A model generated the notes under the pieces. It was given only the letters and a program-made list of their open reading frames with translations. It did no database searches and was not told the origin of the DNA. From Pecten maximus (Eukaryota): 64,000 nucleotides of DNA. The stretch's first letter is position 1, and every line of letters starts with the position of its first letter. The stretch is taken from positions 2,831,307-2,895,306 of the forward strand of contig NC_047026.1 in the NCBI RefSeq assembly GCF_902652985.1, given 5' to 3'. Of the stretch, positions 52,933-64,000 are shown in pieces. Made by a program: the position numbers and the translations under genes.

Positions 52933-53330
52933 TATGAACAAAGATAAAGTACAATGAGAATAAGACCGAGAGTTGTGGCAGAGTAAGCGTCTTCTGCCCC
53001 TGTCATACAAATCTAGGTCACGGCGACACAGGTCATACAAATCTAGGTCACGACGACACACGTCATACAAATCTAGGTCACTGCGACACCTGCCATACAA
53101 ATCTAGGTCACAGTGACACCTGCCATACAAATCTAGGTCACGGCGACACCTGCCATACAAATCTAGGCCATGGCGACACCTGCCATACAAATATAGGCCA
53201 CGGCGACACCTGCCATACAAATCTAGGTCACGGCGACACCCGCCACGCAAATCTAGGTCAAGTCCGAGTAAAGTCACATTCTCCAAATGAGAAGAAGGGT
53301 GGTGACAACATAAAATGTCCCTGCTACAGT
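52933..53330 (+). repeat. Dispersed repeat family, copy A, with an expanded internal 30-bp minisatellite (53005-53262, ~9 units 'catacaaatctaggtcacggcgacacctgc')
   Basis: The left flank 'tatgaacaaagataaagtacaatgagaataagaccgagagttgtggcagagtaagcgtcttc' and right flank 'ctccaaatgagaagaagggtggtgacaacataaaatgtccctg' are homologous to copy B. ORF 52915-53286 (minus) is a repeat translation. Confidence 0.55.
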
Positions 53331-53704
53331 TTTCACAACGGATATTGTATTACGATACAGTGGTCGATATAACAACTCTACTTATCGGATTTTTATTGTT
53401 CTTCTTGATTCATTGGCTTAGCTAAGTTCAATGATAAGAGTTGATTTTTTTTCGGTTGAATCCTGTAACCATTATCCATTACAATAAATAATGATCTCCA
53501 GACAAAAAGAGATACCAAAATTATTATTAGAAATTCGAAAAAAATAATATATCCGCAACGTAAATTTATAATTGAAACTTGCACATATTGCAGTTAATAT
53601 TGACGCAACTTAATTAGCTTAGCTTGATGAAGGTCTGGATCGTTAATATTGGTTAATGTCTGTTATTATAGAAGAATATTCTATAGAAAAGTTTTGGTCT
53701 CAAA

Positions 53705-53960
53705 GGAGATGACACTATTAAAGATGCATTGTCCAGTTTCATAGGAGATAACACGTTTGAAGGATGTGTTGTCTTGTCTCGTTGGAGATAACACTATTGC
53801 AGGATTGTTGTCCTGTCTCAAATAAGATAGCCCTTTTGAAGGATATATTATCTGGTCTCCTAGGAGATAATCCTATAGGAGATAGCCCTATTGAAGCATT
53901 GTTGATTGGTGTTATAGGAGACAGACCCATTGAAGGATGTATCACGTGGTCTCATACGTG
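53705..53960. repeat. Degenerate tandem repeat, ~55-bp unit x ~5 ('aggagataacacNattgaaggatgtRttgtcYtgtctc')
   Basis: Direct reading. ORFs 53739-53945 and 53764-53961 are repeat translations. Confidence 0.75.
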
Positions 53961-55719
53961 ATGACTTAATTGATGAATCTACCGTCTGGTTTCTTAGACG
54001 AGAGTTCTTTTGAAGCATTTCTTACACTTCCTGTATCATTTAATAACTCATGTCCACACTGCCATTCACTGAGAGTTAAACCTAACGGCATATGTTCTCC
54101 TGCTGTAAATTCACATGCTACGTTCGTTCAAATTGATAATCAATCAAAGATTTGAAGCATTTGTTTCCTATTACATGTATTGTGAATATTTATATAAGAT
54201 GTTTCCCATTGATTACGTTGTCAAGTAAAGGCAGGTTTGCCATGTTATCAGAGATATTGCATCTCATTGCATCAATCAGCTTGAAGCATAATTTCAATAT
54301 CCTGATGGATGTTTTAAGGAATACAAAATTCTTCGAATGTCAAATGATTTTTTTAATTTGATCCAAGCTGCCAATTACTGTTTTCCCGGTCTCTACTTAT
54401 GTTTAGTAGCAATCATGACTTCTGTCAACGTTGCTTTTATCTGTGTTTGTTTACATACAAAATATCTACAGAGGGTTCTTTTTTATTGAATAAGATTAGT
54501 AATCATTCTTGTACTCATCTTCACTATCTGTGCACGAGCTTTTGACAATTCATAAATATGTGATTTAAACATATAAAACAGATTGAAACAGCGGCTTATT
54601 GCAGCAGCCTTACTTTCGTTCTACTAAACATCTTCTCTACACTGACTATATACCTTATATCGTGAGTTCTCGATTTGATATGCTTGCTCTTTTTGATGAA
54701 GTTAGTGGTAGAGGAATGATACTGTACAATTGTTATATTTCACGGGGCTATTTTTTTTTTTACGTTTTTGTCGCAGTTGGACCTTTTTCGCGAGCATTGA
54801 ATTTCGCGCAACGGGGCATTGTAAACATTCTGCAGTAAACATTTCAATCTGGACATTTGGTGGATATGAATATTCGTCTGGTATTCTTTGTGCTATATTT
54901 AATGCATAAATTTACCAACCATCCAACCCCAACCCCTAACCCCCAACCCCCAACCCCCACCCCCACTCCCACCTCCCGCGCGAATATTACCATCGACACT
55001 GTTTACAGTATATAAACAACTAATTTCATCCGAGGAAGATAGTAACTATTATGATAACCAGTTCTGATTCTTTGTATTAGAGCTTACATATCCGATTGTT
55101 CAATTTCATTTCAGTTACATGTTGATTTAAATTAGGAATATTGTCATATTTGATAAAATGGATTTATTTTAATTTCTTGATGCTGTTGTAAGGGTTGTCA
55201 ACATGATGGATAGGAATTGCTGTTAAGTATTTCTGCTACAGGAGCTTTTAGTGGCCTGGACATTTTCAAAATCAAATTAGTAAAGATGTCATAATACGTT
55301 AATAATGCTACATCACGAACCAAACAGTAATTTTGATCAGCAGAAAACAAGAATATGCTGTCGTATATTGCAAAGACTACCAAAAATATAAAAGTTTGCG
55401 CTTTTCCTACCTTCTTAAGGTTTGAGCGTATATTTTGCTTAAAATTCAATGTGAATAAATGTAAAGAATTAAAAACTAATGCAATTCTATCGTACCCTAC
55501 CTATGAGTGCTGATTGATAAGTCGTGAACCTTGTATTGAAGGAGGTACTCAAGGATGTTCTTTTTAAGTTCTCAGACTACATAGGGCCATGTACCCAAGG
55601 ACTGGTCTCATTTGGTTAGTTTATATCGACGAGGTAGCACTATCAAGTAAACAAGACAAGCGGCTTTTGCAAAATGGACAAAATCGGTTAGGGTTAGAGT
55701 TAGGGTGAAAGAGTCTGTC

Positions 55720-55980
55720 ATTGGCATGATTGCCATTCACGAGTTTGGCTTTAAATTGATAGAGCATCCGCCTTATTCACCTTATCTCGCTCCATCAGAC
55801 TTTCATCTATTTCCAGAACTGAAAACAGCTATGTCAGGCACCCTAGCCTTAACTCTAACATGCAGTGGATGACTTTCTGAACAGCCAAGAAGAGGAGTTC
55901 TATAAAAGAGGCATTGAGGCTTTAAACACCGCTGACAAAAGTGTATAGATACTGAAGGAGATTATGTTGAAAAATAAAAA
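55720..55980 (+). mobile_element. Mariner-like transposase C-terminal remnant (frameshifted, pseudogenised)
   Basis: Plus-strand translation 'LIEHPPYSPYLAPSDFHLFPELKTAMSG' is followed, after a frameshift, by 'DDFLNSQEEEFYKRGIEALKHR*QKCIDTEGDYVEK*'. This matches the mariner transposase tail, recalled as '...HPPYSPDLAPSDYHLF...FYERGI..L..RW.K.I...G.Y..'. Confidence 0.65.
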
Positions 55981-56727
55981 CAATATGTCCGGCATGTCCG
56001 GTATAACTGCTATGTAGTTTTTGGTCAAATACGAATTTCCCTTTAGGACGGTGGTTTTTTGTTTGTTTGTTTGTTTTTTTCGTTAGTTGGTGTTTACGAG
56101 AGATGTTTCTATTCCTTGAGTGCCATTCTATGCCATTTTATGCATTTTTGTGACAAGCATTGCACTTTAATGGATATGCGATCAGGATTCTCAATTAATA
56201 TAACAACAATGTTAAAACCTGCAATGATTTTTATTGACTTTATGCATGTTCATACAAAATGTAGTTTGATATTTCGCTGGCATCGTTAAATTATGTGTCC
56301 CTCTATCATGACGTGATCTTGTTTTGAACTCTTACAAGCATATTGCTTAGACTGCTGTGTCTGAACGAGCTGAACTTAAATCTTCCATTAATTATTTAAA
56401 GCTTATCCAAATATAACCAGTTTCAACGCGAATATGGGAAAGATTCATGTATAAGATATGAGAATTCGTTTAAACGCCAAATTGATCATAAATCTGTGTG
56501 ATTCACTACCAAGTAAATGATGGTCCTTGAATGGATTCATTTCGTTGTCTATGAAAACAGTTTGTTTTAATATGTCTCACTATCACACACACATATATGT
56601 ATTTGACAATTGTACATTAAATATATAGATTATTTCCTTAGATGCGGTTGAAGGTACTCGGAACCATTTTCAAAATGAAACAGGAGTTGGACATCTTAAG
56701 AGAACGCAGACTTAAATTGGCAAGTAG

Positions 56728-57060
56728 GTGTCAGTCACGTGTCTTGTAAGTGTCAGCTACGTGTCTTGTGGGTGCTAACGACGTGTCTTGTAAGCGACAA
56801 CTACGTGTCTTAAAAGCGTCAACGACGTGTCTTGTGCCAACGATGTGTCTTATAAGTGTCAACAGCGTGTTTGGTTAGTGTCAACAACGTGTCTTGTATC
56901 GTGTCCACTATGTGTCTTGTATGTGTCAACTATGTGTCTTTTCAGCGTCAACTAATGTCTTTTATCAACTACATATCTTGAAAGGTGTCATTATCAATAC
57001 ATGTCTTGTGTCAACTCCGTGTCTTTTGTGGGTCAACTACTTGTCTTGTAAGTATCTACT
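56728..57060. repeat. Minisatellite, ~22-24-bp unit ('caacNacgtgtcttgtaagtgt'), ~15 copies
   Basis: Direct reading. ORF 56894-57094 is a repeat translation. Confidence 0.9.
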
Positions 57061-58127
57061 AGTATTAGGCAATTTCAGACTTTTTGACGACTGATATTCG
57101 TTTTGAACTAATGCCCAATAAAATAAGAAGAAAATAAATGCAATTCAAATCACAAATTTTCTATAGACCTGGTCAGATCCATGACACTGGATCAGAAACT
57201 GTTCAAGGTATTGGTATATATATATACATTGTACTGTAAATCTGAAAAGTGATAAAATATTCATTAACATGAAATAAAAATTGGGGTTAAGGATGAGGTC
57301 AAAGTCGGGTGGACGTTAACAACATTATGATATAATCTCGCGGCTTGACATAGACATAGAACATAGTCCCAATGGGACTTGGTTTATATCACCTGTCACG
57401 ATAATTACCAGGACGCTGTTGTTCATTATTAATCAACTGTTATTTTAAGAATTGTGACCGTGGCAGTAATGCACTTACAATAATCAATTTCTATCATGAA
57501 CCGGTATTTATTGCATAACTGAGGTCACAGCAAGTGAACTTGTTTTCTTTTGATTTAGAAGATATGACCATATATCGCCTATTCGTTTACTTTACTTTAA
57601 TTAAATTAACTAAATTACTTCATCGTACATTTTATGTTCAAATTTGCTCTCGTTTGATCAATTTGGAGTTAGAATTACAATTTTACAATTCATTTAAATG
57701 GGAACTAGTTCAGAGTATATCTCCTATTACATGTCTGATTACTATAAGAAAGACAGAAAGATAAATCACAACTTCTTCTAGAAATATTTCTTGTGAGAAT
57801 TACTTTAAGCTGAAACTGACCCACAGAATAGCAGGCTCTTATTTTTCTAAACTCAGAACACATTTAATAACGTGTATTGGATGGTACCAGCATTCGTGTT
57901 GTTTTGTATGCATCTTTTTATACTGAAGTGCCCGTCAGTACGAACTCTACAGAAAATTCTTATACCGAATACACGTAAATTCACCCCCTCAAATAATAAG
58001 CCTACAATTGGCAATGCAGTTAGGTCACTGTAGCAAACCAGTAACATTGAATGCCGACATAATAACGAAACAGTAGCTTTAAAATCAAATTCAATAAAAT
58101 GTGAGCAAAATACAAACAACAACATAG

Positions 58128-58320
58128 CTTTGTATGGAGACGCTTTACAATGAAAATTAGACCAGGCGTTCAGCTAGAGTAAGCGTCCTGTATTTATATA
58201 ATTTAAGTTCATTGCGGGTCCATACAACACAAAACATTGATCCTGAGGAATTTTCATTTCTGCCTCTTGTGTTAGAAGTAGAGTGACGATTTGTAACGAG
58301 AAGAACGTTGGGCGATATCG
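58128..58320 (+). repeat. Dispersed repeat family, copy C (diverged)
   Basis: 'ctttgtatggagacgctttacaatgaaaattagaccaggcgttcagctagagtaagcgtcctg ... gtccatacaacacaaaac ... gttagaagtagagtgacgatttgtaacgagaagaacg' is homologous to copies A and B. ORFs 58157-58381 and 58174-58434 are unsupported. Confidence 0.4.
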
Positions 58321-61049
58321 ACACGTGCAAACACGTGTATTCTTGGCACGCAGAACACACGTGTATATAATCCAAAACCACAGTGAGAGAATTTTCTCTA
58401 ACTCGTATATAATGTATTTTGGAATGTAAACCATGAATTTTTTTTTTATTGCAGAAAAACTACGAACTGAATCTAAGCCACAAGAAGAATGACATTTCTA
58501 TAAACATCTCGTGCAACACGTGGTTGGCGATCAAGAAACACACATGCGTTAGATGGAGATGAGGTTTTGTTTGAAAATTAGTCGTGACTTGATGCCATAA
58601 AAAGTTCCATTTTAAACTGAAACTGGTAGTTTTACAAAATTTCGTTTTGAAGTGCAAGGCTTGTTATTTTTGTTATACATGTATCTAAGTCCCTACATTT
58701 TTTATATATAAAACGTTTGTTTGATTTATATTAACATTGTAACATTATGTAACTTGTTATTTTGTTAAAATGTTTCAGTCACCATATTTTGTAGGCAACA
58801 TGTGTTACATGTACGTAGCTAAAATATATAAAACGTTTGTTAGATGTACATTACCATTGTGACAGTATGTAATTGTTTTTATTGTTTTGATAAATAGCTT
58901 TGTTGTACGTTTAATATTACCTGTACTAGTGTATGTATGTCATTTTTGTTCTTAGTTGTCAATCCTCTTTTTGTTAAATTCCAAAAGAAATAAAATGCAT
59001 TTACAAAATCACATTCGCCAAAAACGCTTACTGGCAAAAGTATTGAAGAAAACAAGATTTTGTCAACGTTTTGAGCTACTTGAAAAACTCCAGTGTAAAT
59101 TTCAACATCACGACCGTCAACATAACAGGCTACGCTGATAATTGTTGGTATAAGAATTGATTTGAAGTTATAATCGCCGGGATTTGCTTGAAAGCTTCAT
59201 CTTGTGTTGATAACTTTTCCTAGATCATTGATCACATTAATATATTCCTGGTTTTGACGAAAGAAAACATGACGGATGTCATTTGTGCTTGCAGGGTATG
59301 TTAGATAAGAAAACAAGCATTGTCAGAACACGTGGATTTTTCTTTCGGGTTTTTTCTTTGCATTTGATGTCTAGATTATCATTGCTGTCATATCGCGCTG
59401 TTCTTCAAATTCTATCATCTTTTCACATGTTTACTCTTAAAAGATAGCTACAGCTGTATAAGACTAGACTTTGGAATATTGCTTGTCCTTATGTGACCTT
59501 AGCTGTTGCGATGATTTCAATGCTTGCAAAAACAAAACAAAATTTTAATATTTTCAGATAACAATTTGTCACATCCATAAACTTATCTACGTTGCATAAT
59601 TTCTGTGAAATTCTTTCCAATCAGTCTTTCCATAGAGCGAAATACGTGCATTCGTTGTACATACACAGTTCATTAAAAGACAATGTCCCTTAAAGAGTAT
59701 TCAGCGAGACATCACGGTGCCAAATAAATAAGTCAATTTTACGGCAATGTTTAATGATGATATCCCAATGCAAAGGCATAACACTACAGTTTGTGTACAA
59801 TTAGAAGAAATGCCATCCTCAAGCTACTAAACGTTGTTTCTACTCAACTTTACAGCGTCTGTCAGCAATTTATTAGTGCATTGCGTGCACGTTGATTTCT
59901 CGCGGAAGATTGCCTAGTGAAAGAACTGGCTACTTCACTAATCAATTGATTTTTCTTCGGCACGTTCTGGTCTTGCAGAGTTCGCTGAAGAGCGATTTGA
60001 TCCGTTATACTACTTGCAAAATATGTATATGTAGGATTAGCAGAATTCCTGTGATTTCATCTTTTTTCAATTGATTGGTTTTCACCGCTTTCGGTCATTA
60101 CCCACGACTTCCGTCAATGACCTCCATGGTGACGTTGTGGACATAAAAGTCAATAGTGCGCCGTGGTGCAAACTGATATCTGGATATCTGAAACATACTA
60201 GTGTGTCATTTTTTTTTCTTCGTAGCTTTTCTATCAAATTGGAATGGTAAGAACTTTGAACACGAAAACTCAGAAATATCCAAAAACATGGTTATGAGAT
60301 GCTATTGAAGGAAACATTGCCATTTGATACATAGAATGTCTTGTAGAGGACATAAGAAGGTTAACGCAATCGATTGTTGCTTTCGTCATAGCCTTTGTTT
60401 GAGGAACTGATTTCTGTGCACAGATGATTAAGTGGGTCAAATGTCTTTGACCGCATTACTTTCTCTCTCTCTCGGTCCATGGTAAATTTTGTAACTGTTG
60501 CCTCTGTCAGTTCTGACTGGACATTCACATCGTTTCTTTTGTCACCTGGGTGCCATAAGTACATTTTATATTTCAACTCTCGTGTATAATCGATAGCATT
60601 TCTCGGCCTATACCACAAATGTTGTTAGAAGATAATGACACATTTCAACATTTCACTCTTTTGTTATAAGGACCGAAATAATCTCTTTTAGCCATTCTTA
60701 ACCGAAAGGCCAAACGAGAAAACTATGCCATGACGTAGTTTCTGTCGGCTCAAGATGAAATATTCCAATAAAAGATTACTTGTCCAAAGCGGCCAAAAGG
60801 GTATTGGCTAAACAACATTTTCAAGTTAACACGTAAGGCAACATGAACTGGGACACAACAACAACGAGCAAAATGATACATTTTTATTAAAACAAGAGAT
60901 CCCAGAGGGATCTTGGCGCCCACCATTGAATGATCTTTATAGGTTCCATGTCAGATTGATCTTTTCTCTACTTTTCCCTTCTTGTAAGTCTTACTAATCT
61001 GTGTAAATTCAGAAACAGCCCTCTATAGCTAGTATTTTTCCAACAAGGG

Positions 61050-62459
61050 GAACCTATATATAAAATTTAAGATTTAGCGATAATGGCTGTCTGTCGGCCA
61101 TGTTGTTTTCCGATTGGTCCCAATATGCAAAACTATATATAGCTAGGCACTGAGGGGAACCTACATATGAAATTTGAGAAAGATCCCTTCATTACTTTCT
61201 GAGAAATAGCGATAACAAACTTAAATTGTCAAAATCCAAGATGGCTGCCTGTCGGCCATGTTGTTTTCTGATTGGTCTCAAAATGCAATATGCATAACTA
61301 GGCACCAACGAAAACCTACATATGAAATTTGAGAAAGATCCCTTCAGTACTTTCTCAGAAATAGCGATAACAAACTTCAATTGTCAAAATCCAAGATGGC
61401 TGCCTGTCGGCCATGTTGTTTTCCGATTGGTTTCAAAATGCAATATGCATAACTAAGCACCAAGAGGAACCTACATATGAAATTTGAGAAAGATCCCTTC
61501 AGTGCTTTTTGAGAAATAGCGATAACAAACTTCAATTGTCAAAATCCAAGATGGCTGCCTGTCGGCCATGTTGTTTTCCGATTGGTCTCAAAATGCAATA
61601 TGCATAACTAGGCACCGAGAGAAACCTACATATGAAATTTGAGAAAGATCCCTTCATTACTTTCTGAGAAATAGCGATAACAAACTTCAATTGTCAAAAT
61701 CCAAGATGGCTGCCTGTCGGCCATGTTGTTTTCCGATTGGTCTCAAAATGCAATATGCATAACTAGGCACCAAGAGGAACCTACATCTGAAATTTGAGAA
61801 AGATCCCTTTTGTGCTTTCTGAGAAATAGCGATAACAAACTTCAATTGTCAAAATCCAAGATGGCTGCCTGTCGGCCATGTTGTTTTCCCGATTGGTCTC
61901 AAAATGCAATATGCATAACTAGGCACCAAGGGGAACATATATATGAAATTTGAGAAAGATCCCTTCAGCACTTTCTGAAAAATAGCGATAACAAACTTCA
62001 ATTGTCAAAATCCAAGATGGCTGCCTGTCGGCCATGTTGTTTTCCGATTGGTCTCAAAATGCAATATGCATAACTAGGCACCAAGAGGAACCTACATCTG
62101 AAATTTGAGAACGATCCCTTTTGTGCTTTCTGAGAAATAGCGATAACAAACTTCAATTGTCAAAATCCAAGATGGCTGCCTGTCGGCCATGTTGTTTTTC
62201 GATTGGTCTCAAAACGCAGTATGCATAACTAGGCACCAAGGGGAACATACATATGAAATTTGAGAAAGATCCCTTCAGTACTTTCTGAGAAATAGCGATA
62301 ACAAACTTCAATTGTCAAAATCCAAGATGGCTGCCTGTCGGCCATGTTGTTTTCCGATTGGTCTCAAAATGCAATATGCATAACTAGGCACCGAGGGAAA
62401 CCTACATATGAAATTTGAGAAAGATCCCTTCAGTACTTTCTGAGAAATAGCGATAACAA
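61050..62459 (-). repeat. 155-bp satellite array (~9 monomers), inverted relative to 9512-11008, with the shared conserved terminus at its left end (61050-61100)
   Basis: The monomers are the reverse complement of the 9.5-kb array monomer. The left end 'gaacctatatataaaatttaagatttagcgataatggctgtctgtcggccatg' matches the reverse complement of 10955-11008. The right end is a degenerate partial monomer that abuts a SINE tail. Confidence 0.9.
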
Positions 62460-62462
62460 GAA

Positions 62463-62814
62463 TTGTTTACGGACGGAGGGACGGACGGACGGACGGAGGG
62501 ACGGACGGACGGACGGACGGACGACGGACCACGGACGCAGGGCGATTTGAATAGCCCACCATCTGATGATGGTGGGCTAAAAATAATAAAAATAAATATA
62601 AACCTTATTTGTTTTTTAACAACTACGAAACAAAAGATATCAACTTAAGCTAGTGAGCGAGGGGTCTTACTGTGAGAGAAGACCAGGTACCAGACAAAAC
62701 CCACGTGATTGGGCTGGTAACCCCCACTTCCGATCGGGAAATCGAACCCTGGTCGTATTGGTGAAAGGCAAGTATGTTGCCTACCGCTCTAAGCCAGCCG
62801 ACCACACTGCGTGT
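62463..62814 (-). mobile_element. tRNA-derived SINE (minus orientation) with an internal palindrome and a (GGAC/GTCC)n simple-repeat tail abutting the satellite array
   Basis: Minus-strand head 'ggctggcttagagcggtaggcaacatacttgcctttcaccaatacgaccagggttcgatttcccgatcgg' has A-box and B-box-like motifs. The body contains the palindrome 'tagcccaccatctgatgatggtgggcta' (62556-62583). The tail is 'ggacggagggacggacggacgg...' (62466-62530). The core 62640-62814 is confident. Whether the tail and palindrome belong to the same element is less certain. Confidence 0.55.
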
Positions 62815-63327
62815 GAATTTTTATATACTTCATAATAAAAGTTTCTGAACAGACAAAAGGTTATTTACATGTACAACTGAACAATGTGTTATCTCCGTGT
62901 GCAGGACAGGAGACCAAGGAAATAACATGTAAATGCCAGACAGATCCTCGTGTACCGACTAAACCTCCTAACCTTTCGTCTATCCATATAACGCAGAAAT
63001 GGGAACGTTGACACTCCGTCGCTAGACGAGAAGTACTGCATTACCTGTTTGACGTAAAGCAAAATTAATCAAGAATATTCTGATTGTTAATATTAGACGT
63101 GGCTGAACCTTTGATGTTAGTAAATTACTTTTTTCAGGACAAGTACATGTACTTAAGACACATTCCACGTATCATCTGTGTCTTTTGTTTAGTTCAATAC
63201 ATGCAGTCCACAATGAAAAAAAAGTATATATATACATGTAGAAAATACGAAATATGAAATAAATTTATTAAAGATTAACAAAACTCGAAATTATGGAAGG
63301 CGAAAGGTTACATTGTGCGAGGTCCGT

Positions 63328-63351
63328 CCCCCCCCCCCCCCCCCCCCCCCC
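63328..63351. repeat. Poly-C homopolymer (24 nt), followed by C-rich 'ctactccaacccccacccccatcccc'
   Basis: Direct reading. Confidence 0.95.
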
Positions 63352-64000
63352 TACTCCAACCCCCACCCCCATCCCCACACACGCACTTATCATCGTGTCT
63401 CCTGTCTGAAACAGGATTTAGATGACCAAGCAGGCTAAGACGTAGAATTCGTCGTAAAGATGAACATCAGTTTGGGATAGTCATGTAATGAACATACTGA
63501 ATTTGATTCGCGTTCAGTGGGTTTAATTTCTCATTCAATATAGAACCATATAGTATCTTGAAATCCAAAGATAAGGCCCCGATTTCCAAAATACACCCAG
63601 TGATCTGCACAACTAGTACAAATCCTATACGTGCATGATAACATTTTCGAATGAGCAAACTACAGTTATAGGGATGCTTATGTTGTACATTCTTTCATAA
63701 TACCAGCAAATGAAAAGAATACCAACCAATTTAGTATTAGATTCCGGTATTAGAATTCCGAAACTTCACAGAAATCCCTATAGGAATGTATCATTATTTA
63801 AGATATTTACTGGATCAAATCACTCCATGAATAAATGGCAACCTGGCTTGCCAAATGCGCGCATAACAGCCCAATAATCTCTGGACTATCCATAACTGTT
63901 GTGCCTATAAACTTACTAGAGAACTTTGTTTCGTAAACTTCAGATCGTTAAACAATTGACGGCGTCAAATTTCTTTTATTTTCCTGTGTATTATTAGTAC

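Noticed and set aside
54921-54961. Telomeric repeat (CCCTAA)
   Set aside because: Only a single CCCTAA sits within a generic C-rich tract. It is not a telomere-repeat array. The TTAGGG-like inverted repeats at 55686/55840 are reported separately as a finding.

Overview
This is a eukaryotic, AT-rich, repeat-dense genomic window. The SINEs, MITEs and minisatellites give it an invertebrate, bivalve-like character, but no taxon can be assigned from sequence alone. There is no prokaryotic-style content: no operons and no CRISPR arrays. The ORF track is mostly translated tandem repeats or antisense frames.

One protein-coding gene is clearly supported. It is a flavin-dependent polyamine oxidase of the PAOX/SMOX family on the minus strand. 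I reconstructed it as 5 exons from 44485 down to 20895, spanning about 23.6 kb and encoding about 487 aa. All four junctions follow GT-AG and conserve reading phase. The large introns are packed with minisatellites, a SINE with target-site duplications (TSDs), a piggyBac-like MITE with TTAA flanks, and a long-TIR MITE-like element.

One RNA gene is clear: a tRNA-Phe(GAA) at 52518-52590 on the minus strand, with a downstream T-run terminator.

The most unusual structure is a pair of arrays of a 155-bp satellite, at 9512-11008 (plus) and 61050-62459 (minus), about 9 monomers each. They sit in inverted orientation and share a roughly 50-bp non-satellite terminus ('gaacYtatatatARaatttaagatttagcKataatggctg'). 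That terminus ends sharply against unrelated flanking DNA. This suggests two insertions of a satellite-carrying non-autonomous mobile element rather than ordinary satellite DNA. A tRNA-derived SINE with a (GGAC)n tail abuts array 2.

Other notable content:
- Two palindromic hAT-like MITEs with 8-bp TSDs bracket a basic low-complexity ORF.
- A four-copy dispersed repeat family carries an internal expandable 30-bp minisatellite (49-58 kb).
- A decayed mariner transposase tail is flanked by inverted TTAGGG-like repeats.
- The perfect palindromic CRE octamer TGACGTCA occurs six times. One copy sits with a DR1 (AGGTCA-g-AGGTCA) in the presumptive PAO promoter.
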